Positions 1-11,734 of a stretch of DNA of 64,000 bases are shown here, piece after piece; the first letter of the stretch is position 1; each line of letters opens with the position of its first letter. The stretch is taken from contig NIVC01000245.1 in assembly GCA_002269645.1 (NCBI GenBank), forward strand, positions 693,989 through 757,988, in the 5' to 3' direction. The stretch comes from Macrostomum lignano. Its lineage: Eukaryota. The notes under the pieces were generated by a model. That model was not told the origin of the DNA. It made no database searches and saw only the letters and a program-made list of their open reading frames with translations. Position numbers and translations under genes: made by a program.

Positions 1-59
1 GGGGATTTCTGAGATGTCAAAGCTTAAGAGAGAATTACTGAGGTGTCAAGGCTTGCGCC

Positions 60-2760
60 GGCATTGCTGAGATGTCAAGTCTTTGGGGGGGATTCTATGG
101 ATTAGGGATTCTTTTCATGAGGGCTGCTTCTAATGGATATCTTTAGATAGGCGATTCATTGCGAAATTCCGTCGATGGGGGATTCTTTAGATGAAGGATT
201 CTTTCGATAAAGGGATCCTTTGGATATGGGATTATTTGGACGGGGATTCTTTAGATGAGGGGATTCTTTGGCCTAGGATTCTATTGATGGGGGATTATTT
301 GGATGGGAGATTCTTTGGATTCTTTTGATGGGGATTTTGATGGGGATTCTGTGGATGGGGATTATTTGGAGTCGGATTATTTGGATTATTTGGACAGGGT
401 TCTTTAAATGAGGGGATTCTTTGGCCAATGATTCTTTTGATGGAGGTTTATTTGGATGAGAGAATCTTTGCATTATTTTGATCGGGATTCTGTGGATGGG
501 GATTGTTTGGATTGGGATTCTTTGGAGGGGGATTCTTTGGATTTGGATGGATGGGGTGATTTTTCGGATAGGGATGCATAGGGGGATTCCTTGAATATGG
601 GATTCATTGGATGGGGAATTCTTCGGATCGGGGATTCTATCGGAGGGGGTTCTTTCGATGGGGATTCTCTGCATGTAAGATTCTATTGATGGGCAATTCT
701 TTAGATAGGAGGATTCCTTGAATGGGGAATTTTTCGGATCGGGGATCTTATCGATGGGAGGTTTTTGGATTAGAGGTTTTTGCATGTGAGATTCTTTGTA
801 CGAGTATCGTGGACGCTATGGGTGGTGGATGGGGGCCGTAGCCCAGCGGTAGCACAGCTGCTCTGGTGTGCCAGCGACCCAGGCTCGATTCCAAGTGCAG
901 TCACATTAATTTGGGGCTGAATTGGAATCTCGGCTTCGCTCCGCTCGTGCAATTAACGGCCTTGAGAGCCAACCCCCCCCCCCCCAAGGCACAGTAAAGT
1001 GTACATGCCTAACGATAATATAAAGTTAGGGCCGCTGTACACTCCTGTGTGAGTGTGTGCCTGCGTACGTATCCGCGCGCTTGTATGCCTGCTCAGGGGA
1101 GTCGGCGGAATGGGCAGCAATGCCTCTCGCCGGTTGTGTTCCTATGTTCCTATGTCGCTTAAAGTTCGCCAGGGTGCACACAACCCCCTGCCTTTAATAA
1201 AAAATAGGTGGTGTGGTGATTCTTTGGATGGGGGATTCCTTAGATGGGAGATTCAGTTTGGTGAAATTTTATTGCGTGGGAAAACTGTGTTTGGAGTTTG
1301 GACGAAAAGCCCATAGGGGGTTGGAATTGGCTAACTGAGGAAATTGTTTCACTAATCTTGCTGGGGGTACTTTCTATAAGGGAATGCTTCCTATAAGAAG
1401 GACGCTTGCTCTTAGGGGATGCTTGCTCGGAGGAGAATTCTAAAATGTCAAGATTAACAAGGGGAATTATTGAGATACATGTATAAAATCTTGCCTAGGG
1501 GAATTAATGAGATGTTAAGGCTTAAGAGGGACTTGCTGAGATACCAAGGCTTGTTGGGGGGGGTAATTGCTGAGATGTCAAGTTTTAGGGATAAACTGCT
1601 GAGATGTCAAATCGTGTCGGGGAATTGCTGAGATGCCAAGGCTTAAGAGGGACTTGTTCAGATGTCAAAGCTTGGGTGGAATTGCCAAGATGTCAAGGCT
1701 CAAGAGGGAGTTCCTGAGATGTCAAGTCTTGGGAAGGAGAATTACTCAGATGTCAAGGCTTGGGGGAATTTCTGAGATGTCAAGGCTTGGGGGGAATTGC
1801 TGAGATGTGAAGGCTTAAGAAGGAATTGCTGAGGTGTCAAGTCTTGGGGAGGGGAATCGCTTAGATGCCAAGGCTTTGGACGGGGAAAAATCGGTAAGAT
1901 GTCAAGGCTTGCGCCGGAATTGCTGAGATGTCAATGCTTGGGGTAAATTTCTGAGGTGTCGAGTCTTGGGGGGGATTTCTATGAATTGATGATTCTTTGG
2001 GTGAGGGATGCTTCTAATGGATATCTTTGGATAGGTGATTCATTGGGGAATTCCTCCGATAGGGCATTGCTTCGATGGAGGGTTATTTTTAATGGGGGAT
2101 TATTTAGTCACAGGGGCAGCGGAGCCTAATATTTTTGAGGGGGCACCGGGCACAGGGCAAGGGGGAGCACAGGTACCTTTGTAACTGCTAATTAGGGCCT
2201 AAAAATCTGAAAAGCACTAAAAATTATCGCGTGGACTCATTTTCTGGGGGGGGGGCACGTGCCCCCGGTGCCGCAAGCTCCCGCCGCCCATGTATTTAGA
2301 TGAAGGATTCTTTAGATGCGGGTTATTTTGACGGGGGTTCTTTACGAGTAGATGAAGCATTCTATTGATAGGGGGATTATTTAGAGGGGAGATCTATGGA
2401 TTATTTGGATGGGGATTCTGTGGATGGGGATTGTGATGTGAATTATTTGGGGGAGGAATCATTGGATATGGATGGATGGGGGATTCTTTAGATAGCAATG
2501 AATGGGGAAATTTTTTTGATAGGGATGGAGGGGGAATTATTTGGATGGGTATTCTTTCGATAGGGGGCTTCTGGGGCTTCTGTAGACGGGGGATTTCTTG
2601 AATAGGGGATTCATTGGATGGGGAATTCTTCAGATGGGAGGATTCCTTGAATGGGGAATTCTTCGGATCGGTGATTCTATCGATGGGGTTCTTTGCATTG
2701 GGGATTTTGCGGATGGGGAAATCTGTGGTTGGAGTTTGGACGGAAAGCCCCAACGGGGGT
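60..2760. repeat. Degenerate low-complexity repeat region (GGGGATTCTTT/GGAT-type units, plus GAATTGCTGAGATGTCAAGGCTT-type units at about 1440-1975)
   Basis: Short units recur with variation throughout; the ORFs here are only repetitive IPI/PPS peptides. Boundaries approximate. Confidence 0.8.
831..1203 (+). mobile_element. tRNA-derived SINE, copy 1
   Basis: A-box-like TAGCCCAGCGG (839-849), B-box-like GGCTCGATTCC (882-892), A-rich tail. Body is clearly homologous to a second copy at 31165-31446. Confidence 0.8.
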
Positions 2761-3394
2761 TGGAATTGGCTAGTCCAATATACTAAAAATGGTCTGTCTG
2801 TGTCTATCTATCTATCTATGTGATCGATTAGAGAAAAAATGGCTGGACCGATTTTGTTCGAACTTGCACTGTTCGATCAGAAATTTTCCCGTGACTGTAC
2901 AGGCTAAGAAATTGCTCGATGCTAAAGGCATTAAATATTCGAAAAACATGCTTTTTTGCAAAGGTCAAGCAAACTTTTCGACTTGAAATGCATTGTAAGA
3001 ATGCTAGAGAAAAAACTGACTGGTTGAATTCTGATTCTGAAATAGATTGCATCATAACTGAATTGTAACTCCGACTTGAATTGAAAATGCAGTTTGGAAG
3101 CGTAGCACCAGACTTGATTTAAATTGCGTAACCATGCATATTGTTAACTGATACTGACTGACTGAGAAATTGATTATGTCATAACTGCTTCGTGTGATTT
3201 ACTCTATGCTTGGATTTTAAAGTGTTGAATTATATAAGTGCAAAATTTGATGTTATCAAAACGATGAGAGCTAGCCTAGAGGTGAACAAACTGAACTGCT
3301 AAATGCAGCAACGATGGTTCGAATTTTCATAGAGTATAATTTTTTTAATTAAAGCTTTTCAACGTCAGGAAAACTAAAAGACTTTTTAAAAAGA

Positions 3395-5585
3395 AGCGTC
3401 ATGTAATGAATCATAGAAGCGTCATGTAAACAATCATAGAAGCGTCATGTAAACAATCATAGAAGCGTCATGTAAAAAATCATAGAAGCGTCATTTAAAA
3501 ATCATAGAAGCGTCATGTAAACAATCATACAAGCGTCATGTAAACAATCATAGAAGCGTCATGTAAAAAATCATAGAAGCGTCATGTAAACAATCATAGA
3601 AGCGTCATGTATACAATCATAGAAGCGTCATGTAAAAAATCATAGAAGCGTCATGTAAAAAATCATAGAAGCGTCATGTAAAAAATCATAGAAGCGTCAT
3701 GTAAAAAATCATAGAAGCGTCATGTAAACAATCATGGAAGCGTCATTTAAAAAATCATAAAAGCGTCATTTAAAAAATCATAGAAGCGTCATGTAATGAA
3801 TCATAGAAGCGTCATATAAACAATCATAGAAGCGTCATGTAAACAATCATAGAAGCGTCATGTAAACAATCATAGAAGCGTCATGTAAACAATCATAGAA
3901 GCGTCATGTAAACAATCATAGAAGCGTCATGTAAACAATCATAGAAGCGTCATGTATACAATCATAGAAGCGCCATGTAAAAAATCAAAGAAGCGTCATG
4001 TAAACAATCATAGAAGCGTCATGAAAACAATCATAGAAGCGCCATGTAAAAAATCATAGAAGCGTCATGTAAACAATCATAGAAGCGTCATGAAAACAAT
4101 CATAGAAGCGTCATGTAAAAAATCGTAGCAGCGTCATGTAAAAAATCATAGAAGCGTCATGTAAAAAGTCATAGAAGCGTCATGTAAAAAATCATAGAAG
4201 CGTCATGTAAACAATCATGGAAGCGTCATTTAAAAAATCATAAAAGCGTCATTTAAAAAATCATAGAAGCGTCATGTAATGAATCATAGAAGCGTCATAT
4301 AAACAATCATAGAAGCGTCATATTAAAATCATAGTAGCGTCATATAAACAATCATAGAAGCGTCATGTAAACAATCATAGAAGCGTCATATAAACAATCA
4401 TAGAAGCGTCATGTAAACAATCATAGAAGCGTCATGTAAACAATCATAGAAGCGTCATGTAAACAATCATAGAAGCGTCATGTATACAATCATAGAAGCG
4501 CCATGTAAAAAATCATAGAAGCGTCATGTAAACAATCATAGAAGCGTCATGAAAGCAATCATAGAAGCGCCATGTAAAAAATCAAAGAAGCGTCATGTAA
4601 ACAATCATAGAAGCGTCATGAAAACAATCATAGAAGCGTCATGTAAAAAATCGTAGCAGCGTCATGTAAAAAATCATTGAAGCGTCATGTAAACAATCAT
4701 AGAAGCGTCATGTAAGAAATCATAGAAGCGTCATGTATACAATCATAGAAGCGTCATGTAAAAAATCATAGAAGCGTCATGTAAAAAATCATAGAAGCGT
4801 CATGTAAACAATCATAGAAGCGTCATGTAAACAATCATAGAAGCGTCATGTAAACAATCATAGAAGCGTCATGTAAAAAATCATAGAAGCGTCATGTAAA
4901 CAATCATAGAAGCGTCATGTAAACAATCATAGAAGCGTCATGAAAACAATCATAGAAGCGCCATGTAAAAAATCGTAGAAGCGTTATATAAAAATCATAA
5001 AAGCGTCATTTTTGAAAAATCATAGAAGCGTCATGTAAAAAATTGTAGCAGCGTCATGTAAAAAATCATAGAAGCGTCATGTAAACAATTATAGAAGCGT
5101 CATGTAAAAAATCATAGAAGCGTCATTTAGAAATTATAGAAGCGTCATGTAAACAATCATAGAAGCGTCATGTAAAAAATCATAGAAGCGTCATGTAAAC
5201 AATCATAGAAGCGTCATGTAAACAATCATAGAAGCGTCATTTAAAAATCATAGAAGCGTCATGTAAACAATCATAGAAGCGTCATGTAAACAATCATAGA
5301 AGCGTCATGTAAAAAATCGTAGAAGCGTCATTTAAAAATCATAGAAGCGTCATGTAAACAATCATAGAAGCGTCATGTAAACAATCATAGAAGCGCCATG
5401 TAAACAATCATAGAAGCGTCATGTAAACAATCATAGAAGCGTCATGTAAAAAATCATAGAAGCGTCATTTAAAAATCATAGAAGCGTCATGTAAACAATC
5501 ATAGAAGCGTCATGTAAAAAACTAATGAAAGTGTCTTTTAAAAAATTAAGAAGCATCATGGTAGAATAAAAGAAGCGTCATGTCA
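3395..5585. repeat. 23-bp minisatellite (GTCATGTAAACAATCATAGAAGC)n
   Basis: Roughly 95 direct tandem units with no unique spacers. Confidence 0.97.
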
Positions 5586-5639
5586 GACATGAAGGGTGTC
5601 ATGTAAAAATTAAATGCAGCTATAATGCTGTGCTGGGGA

Positions 5640-6640
5640 GAAAAAAACTGAGACATAAAGGCTCTCAGAGAATAACTGAGATTACGGGAGGGGGGGTTTC
5701 TGAGATGTCAAAGCAAAAGTCAGAAGCTACTTCAAAGTTCATGTACTTTACTCATTTTTTATTGCATTCTTTGTTGGCTCGCCACGGGGGGCGCTGATAG
5801 AAGAAGAGTCATGTAAAAAATAAAAGTAGCACTACAAGCGTATGTATACATAAAAGAAAAGTCATGTTCAAGTTAAAAGATTCATTTGGGAATTGCTACG
5901 ATGTCAAAGCTTGGTGGAAATCGTTATAGTGCTTGATTCTTAAAGAAGGAATCACTAAAATGTCAAGGCTTAGGGGAGAAGAATTGCTGAGATTTCAAGG
6001 CTTTAGGTTGGGTTAAAGTTAGGTTTAGGTCAGGTGTGGGTTGAGGGTTATATTTTATCGGGTTTCAAGGTTAACAGAATAACAGGGGATTTTTTAGATT
6101 TCAAGGTTTATGGGGGCCATCGCTGACATGTTAAGGCTTACGGGGGGAATAGCTGAGATGTCAAGGCTCACGGGGGTATAAATGAGATTTCAAGGCTAAA
6201 GTCAGAAGCTACATGTAGTTTATTGAAAACTTTTTATTACATTATTTGATGCCTCCTCAGGGGAGGGATCGCTGATAAAAAAAGTGTAATGTAAAAAATA
6301 AAAGAAGCTTCATGTCGAAGTTAAGATATTCATTTGGGAATCCCTACGATGTCGAGGCTTGCAGGGAATCGCTATAATGCTGTAGTAGTGCTATTATGAC
6401 TCTTAGAGAGAATTACTGAAATTTCAATGCTTTAGGGTTAGGTTAAGGTTAGGGTTAGGGTTAGGGTTAGGCTAGGGTTAGGGTTAGAAGGTTGACAGAT
6501 ATTTTTAGATTTCCAAGGCTTATTGGGGGCATTGCTGAGATGTCAAGGGGGGAAGTTGATATGTTAAAGCTTGTGGGGGGATTATTGACATGTCAAGGCT
6601 TACAAGGTTTGACAGGAGATTTTTTAAGATTTCAAGGATA
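5640..6640. repeat. Degenerate GCTGAGATGTCAAGGCTT repeat block containing two related sub-blocks and TTAGGG-like tracts
   Basis: Same motif as 1440-1975. AGTCAGAAGCTAC...TTCATTTGGGAAT...GATGTC occurs at about 5715-5910 and again at about 6200-6365. Confidence 0.7.
6432..6487 (+). repeat. Interstitial telomere-like (TTAGGG)n tract, degenerate
   Basis: TTAGGGTTAGGTTAAGGTTAGGGTTAGGGGTTAGGGTTAGGCTAGGGTTAGGGTTAG. Similar degenerate tracts at about 6003-6050 and 28555-28640. Confidence 0.75.
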
Positions 6641-7311
6641 TATATGTAGCTTATTAAAAAAACGTGTATTGCATTTCTTTGGCTCCCCAACGGGGGGCGT
6701 AGATTGCTAGTAGAATCTAAGGCTATATTTTTCTAAAATGTTCACACTTAATTCCAATTTGATGTACATGGATAAAAATATTACAATATAACTTCAGGAG
6801 GGCTACGGCTACTCTGATGCAACGCTTCGGCAACATCGTTCTACAACGCCAGAGCTGACGGCAATTCTGCATGCCCATTCCACACTGACTCCTAAGCACA
6901 GACAAGCGCGCCAATACTGTACCCAGGCACGGATGCACTGATACACACACTCGCAACAGAATGTACCGCGTCACCGACTTTCTAATCATCTGGCATGTAC
7001 ATTCTCTGTGACTTGGGGGCTGGCCCTCATGGGTGCGAAGCACACAACATCCTCCTGGCTTCAAAAGGTTAACTAGATTTCAAAACAACGCTAAGATCAC
7101 ATTGAACACATTTTCCAATAAGAAATTGTTTAAGTTATGTTGTAATGGAATTAGTTTCGAATTCATGTAAAACATGCGCTGTACGTGTTGCTAAAAAGCG
7201 ATTTTAGAGTACCAAATAAAATACCTATGATCTATTGGCGATACGTAGGCCATTTGGATTTGTTTAACTTATTCAAAATCGAGATCGCGCTGCGCAATGT
7301 AAATGCTTCCT

Positions 7312-7612
7312 AAATATCAGATTTACATATCAGATCGAAAGTTAGACGACGTCTCCAGCACGTATTTTCTAGGACATAGAAACGACCTTTTAAACGAATC
7401 GAATTCATTTATGATCCTTGAAGATGCAATTGATTCAGCAAAAATGGTTAATAAATAATTATAGAAGCATATAATTAGTCCAATATTTAGTAGAAACAAT
7501 TAGCTTCTTGGAGGATCATAAATGAATTGGATTCGTCTGAAGGACGTTCCTACGACCTAAAAAATACGTGTTCGAGACGTTTAACTTTCGGTTGGATTTG
7601 TAAATTTGTTAT
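7312..7612. mobile_element. Degenerate foldback/MITE-like inverted repeat (arms about 120 bp)
   Basis: About 7312-7432 is the imperfect reverse complement of about 7497-7612 (GAATTCATTTATGATCCT / AGGATCATAAATGAATT). Confidence 0.65.
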
Positions 7613-8011
7613 ACGGGCTCAGCTTTGAAGTATCAAATTTATTGTCTCGTTTCTCATACGTCATATGTAGTTTCTAGTGCATGAGAGGGAGACATTCCTG
7701 CTCTACTGCAATGCGTCATAATTCACGATAAAAGTTAAAAAACTTTGAACCAAAGTGCGAAAAATTGAAAATTTACGAGGGGTGTTGCAAAAGTTTCTGG
7801 ATTTCCTTTAGGCAAATTTCTCAACGCAATGATAACAAGGGAAATTTCTGGGTAATATTCTAAAACGATTGGTCAAAAGCAGTAAAGGAACACATTATTA
7901 TGTTTTATTAGTGTCAAGCGTAACAAAAAGCAACAATTTAAAACACGTTGCAATCAATCAGTGTCCCTTCATCATAAATCAATGTACCAAAGTTCCAGCT
8001 GCCATCGATCC

Positions 8012-8296
8012 CTACCAATCACTATCACTGTCACTGATGTCGTTCTTTCTGTCTGGCCCGGCACTGTTGCACTCCACATATTCACCGTTAAATGCCATAC
8101 ACTTCAGATAGCGTTCGATCAGATTGTCAAACCCAGCCTTCCAGAAGCTGGAGTCCAGCTGGTGCAGCGATGCGTTAGCGGCGTCAATGACCTCCTGACG
8201 TGTCGTGAAAACTTGCCCACGCATTGGCAACTTTATTGGACCGAAGAGATGGAAGTCGGCAATCGCGAGGTCGGGGCTGTAGGCTGGGTGACTTAG
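8012..8296 (-). pseudogene. Mariner transposase, C-terminal part
   Basis: Reads SHPAYSPDLAIADFHLFGPIK...RYLKCMAFNGEYVE (mariner YSPDL motif and third catalytic Asp). Confidence 0.9.
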
Positions 8297-9372
8297 TGTA
8301 GAGTGTTCTACCTCCCGTAAGAAGACATAAAAGTGTTAATGTACTACTCACACATTTTATTTAGTAGTAAATTGAAGAGCATGAATAAAGGTATGCTTTG
8401 AACTATAAGTATATTCGGACTAACCAATAGGAAGAGAGAGACCTCGAGCATGCTAATTTTAGAAATCACCCAATCACGTGCGACCAACAACTGTCAATTC
8501 AAACCCCACCTTCAAGTCATCATTTTGTTTGCACTCGGGTTGCACCCGGATGAACCAATCAAAGTCTACCAGCTACGGTAACCAATCATGCGCTTTTACA
8601 GTAGACTAGTTGCGCAACTTTCTACCCTGTCATGCTTGACAGCCACCGAATCGTGACCCTTTGACATTTGCGAAGACAGTGATGTACGACCTCGAGAGAG
8701 GTCTGAACGCCTATAAATACAAGTGGTCCGGAACGGACCCGGAGCCAGAAAATCTCCAAGGGAGAGAAGCTCCGAAGAGGAAGCTCTAGTGAAGCCTTCC
8801 TGAAGAAACTCGCGTCGTGGACGAGTTCTTGCGGTAAGCCTTACTCATTTGCGCCCGTTGGTTGAGACGTCTCGCTCAAGTCTATTGAGACTTGAGTTTA
8901 TTTGAGTCTGCTGAGACTCTTGAGTCTGTTTAGACTCCACTGGTTGCAGTCTCCAGAAGGACTGCCCCTGATAGATCTTAGAAGACTATCAGTGGTTTCC
9001 GGAGCCATACCTAGAGTGCATAGAGGCACTACTAGAAGGAGTAGGCTTATATTAAACCGCAGTTTGGCGCAGGGATCCCCATTGTTAATTTGGAAGCTTC
9101 CGATTGGTCCGAACTACAGATACCGGCCGGCAAGAAGTCAAGAGGACAAAGGAGATAACGGACCAGATCAACTGTTACCAGGTGCCTAAACTTCCTGAAG
9201 GACAGGAAAGTTACTGATCGCGATACTACGGACGAGGATTATTACGAGAGCTCTCATTTAAGGACTCAAAGGTAATTGAATACCTTCATTTGATTACTGG
9301 GTTGCCTAGCTACAGAGCTAGAAGTGATTGTTCCTTGATTACAGTTGAGGACTGGTAATAAGGAACACATCA
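8297..9372 (+). repeat. 5' LTR (1076 bp)
   Basis: TGTAGAGTG...ACACATCA. Matches 17927-19002 at a constant offset of 9630; one mismatch found by eye (8837 A vs 18467 G). Confidence 0.97.
8712..8719 (+). promoter_or_regulatory. Candidate LTR TATA box
   Basis: TATAAATA in the expected U3 position; motif only. Confidence 0.55.
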
Positions 9373-9374
9373 AT

Positions 9375-9392
9375 TGGTGATCTCGCCCTCTC
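9375..9392 (+). promoter_or_regulatory. Primer-binding site (TGGTGATCTCGCC...)
   Basis: TGG starts 2 nt after the LTR end. TGGTGA resembles a tRNA-Trp-type PBS, but the tRNA identity is not established. Confidence 0.7.
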
Positions 9393-10068
9393 GGCACTAC
9401 TCAAACTTTTGAGCAATAGCCTGGCCAAGCTATTGTAAAGTGACGAAAGAGCGACTTAATTAATTTTGCGCGCACGTGTTAGAGGTAACACTTTTCGACA
9501 CTTTTCGATTTTTGTACGATTTGAAACTCGAGTAAAAGCTTAGGTATACAGGCTTGAGTACCTGTCAATTTTGAGTAACGTTTGAGCACGCGTGTTAAAT
9601 TTTTGTTTTTATCGAGCTCGAGCAAGAGTAAACCTTAAACAAAACCGAAAACAACGTCCGGTACACTGAAAACAAACCGAAAAATAATCAATACACACTA
9701 AAACAAAACCGAAATTAAAAACACTTGACGAAAGCTAAAACAAACCGAAATTTGATAAAACGTGACAAGGCACGTCACGAAGACAAGAAAGGCCTTTGAA
9801 AAAAGCAAGAAGCAGCTGCACTTCAAGCACTTTAAAGATACACTTTGCGGGACGCCGCATAAGTGCGAAAATCAGCCAGCGAATAAGAGGTCAGAAAAAG
9901 CAGCCAAAAGCCGAATTCCGCTCAAGGTCAGACATAACAAATTGAGGTGTCAAAAGCACCGCAAGACAATCAGTTACAACCGAAGTTTATTTCGAAAGAA
10001 ACACCACACTGGAAGATCCATTACAAATCGACCCAGACCTAGAGCTACCGTTCTATCCCATCAACAAC

Positions 10069-11529
10069 ATGGCGCGGCGCAATCCAACGGTGCACAGAGA
10101 TATCAAAGAGACAGTTGGCACCTTTTCTATGGAAAAAGACTTTAACACCTTTGTTGATCATTTTGACCTGGTATGTAGGGAATACAACCTACAAAATCCA
10201 GAAAAAGCGCAACTGTTGCCACCACTCCTCCAAGGCACTGCACGAGAGATTTATGGTAAACTAGATGCGGCAACACAGCAAAACTACCCAGCATTAATCA
10301 TTCAACTGCGCGCGCATTTCAACCGCTGTGGCACAAACAGATCAGTGCTACTGCACAAGTTGCATAACAGAAGGATGCAGCCAACCGAATCCTTCCTGAC
10401 CTTTGTGGACGACATCCGTCAGATAATTAAGGCACTGCATCAGCCAACACTGCCAGCTGCAGACCAACCACCTCTGGGTGCGGCAGAATTAGCCGCTAGA
10501 GAGCGACAGCGATTGATGGATCGCGAACAAAATCTGATTCTGCACGTAATAAACAATGCACAGCCGTCACTCCGAGATAGACTTCTACGCGAAAACATTG
10601 AAACCGAGGAAGACCTTTTACGGTGCGGAATGCAGTGGGAAGCAAGCGCTCCACTAATGACAACCGGCAACACAGAAGTGCAGAAACTGACACAGCAACT
10701 AAACAAACTGATGCAACATCAAACAGCCGTTATCGCCGAACAAAAAAGACGAAATGAACGAGCCCAAGCCAGATGCTATTACTGTGGACGAGAAGGACAC
10801 TACCAAATACATTGTCCTCATCGGTCAACAAGAAATGACATGCAGCGACAGCCATTCAACAGAAGGAAGCCGCAAAAACCATGGCAACAACATCAAAATT
10901 GGCAGCAGCAAAACACGAAACGCTTCGGAAACAATGGCTACAGACCGCGAAACACCAGATACATGCCCAAGCAACCAACGCAAGCGATGCAACGATATGC
11001 AAACGCCATCACGTACACACCGGAAAGCGAACAGCAAGAGCAGCAAGTCTTCACGATAGACGACTTAGAAATGGACTTCACTATCAATGAAATCGACTGG
11101 CTCGATGCGGAGAGCAGCGAAAAGACAAAAAACATCAGCATGGTCGAAATGAAAGAAACTAACATTGACAGCGAAGAAGAAAAGACAGAAGTGAGCACAG
11201 AAAAAACATTGTCAAGCGACATCAGTGAAAGAAAAGAAGAAACAAACAAAGGCAACGACAAAGAACTGGCAACGAAGGATGACAACGAAAGAAGCAACGA
11301 CGGAAATACAGAGATGGAAGAAGAACAGCAAGAAGAAAGCAGCGATCACGATTATGAGATGCAGAATGACGCTGATGACAACCAAGCCGCCGACAAAGAA
11401 CATGAAGACGGAAGGCACAAAGGAATGGAAGAAAGAAATCTAAGCTCCGACAGCGATCAATGCTACGAGATCCGCTATAAACGAAATGGTGAAGCCTACA
11501 TCAAACGGTCGACTACAAGGCCGAAGTGA
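10069..11529 (+). CDS. gag: Gag (capsid region, CCHC zinc knuckle) followed by an acidic low-complexity linker
   Basis: CYYCGREGHYQIHC (CX2CX4HX4C) at 10774-10815, retrotransposon-Gag-like N-terminal region, and an E/D-rich C-terminal segment that continues in another frame at 11526-11765. Confidence 0.9.
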   Translation: MARRNPTVHRDIKETVGTFSMEKDFNTFVDHFDLVCREYNLQNPEKAQLLPPLLQGTAREIYGKLDAATQQNYPALIIQLRAHFNRCGTNRSVLLHKLHNRRMQPTESFLTFVDDIRQIIKALHQPTLPAADQPPLGAAELAARERQRLMDREQNLILHVINNAQPSLRDRLLRENIETEEDLLRCGMQWEASAPLMTTGNTEVQKLTQQLNKLMQHQTAVIAEQKRRNERAQARCYYCGREGHYQIHCPHRSTRNDMQRQPFNRRKPQKPWQQHQNWQQQNTKRFGNNGYRPRNTRYMPKQPTQAMQRYANAITYTPESEQQEQQVFTIDDLEMDFTINEIDWLDAESSEKTKNISMVEMKETNIDSEEEKTEVSTEKTLSSDISERKEETNKGNDKELATKDDNERSNDGNTEMEEEQQEESSDHDYEMQNDADDNQAADKEHEDGRHKGMEERNLSSDSDQCYEIRYKRNGEAYIKRSTTRPK

Positions 11530-11734
11530 GGTACCGCAGACAATGGAGTGACACAACTACAACATCGGAAGAAAGCAAGGAAGAAAATGATGAAGACGAC
11601 AAGCAGCGGAACGAATCGGATGCCTTGCGCTCGGAAACGCCAATGGAACAAGAGGAAGAATACGATGCGGACGTAGAAGATAACGAATGGCAGCCGCAGC
11701 CAATGCCAGCAAAGACAACGGCAACGTTCAGAAA

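Noticed and set aside
831-900. tRNA gene
   Set aside because: A and B boxes are present but there is no convincing cloverleaf, and the sequence continues into a body shared with a second dispersed copy, so it is called a SINE.
3395-5585. CRISPR-like array
   Set aside because: Contiguous tandem units with no unique spacers, no cas genes and a eukaryotic context; the same applies to every array in the window.
6432-6487. True chromosome end
   Set aside because: Short, degenerate and flanked by non-telomeric sequence on both sides.
6723-7064. Cys-rich 113-aa ORF
   Set aside because: No recognisable motif, stops in the alternative frames and no clear splice context.
8902-9189. 95-aa ORF in both LTRs (also 18532-18819)
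   Set aside because: Non-ATG start and no recognisable domain; duplicated only because it lies in the LTR.
9762-10145. Basic 127-aa ORF overlapping the gag start
   Set aside because: GTG start and composition explained by the A-rich leader; no domain.
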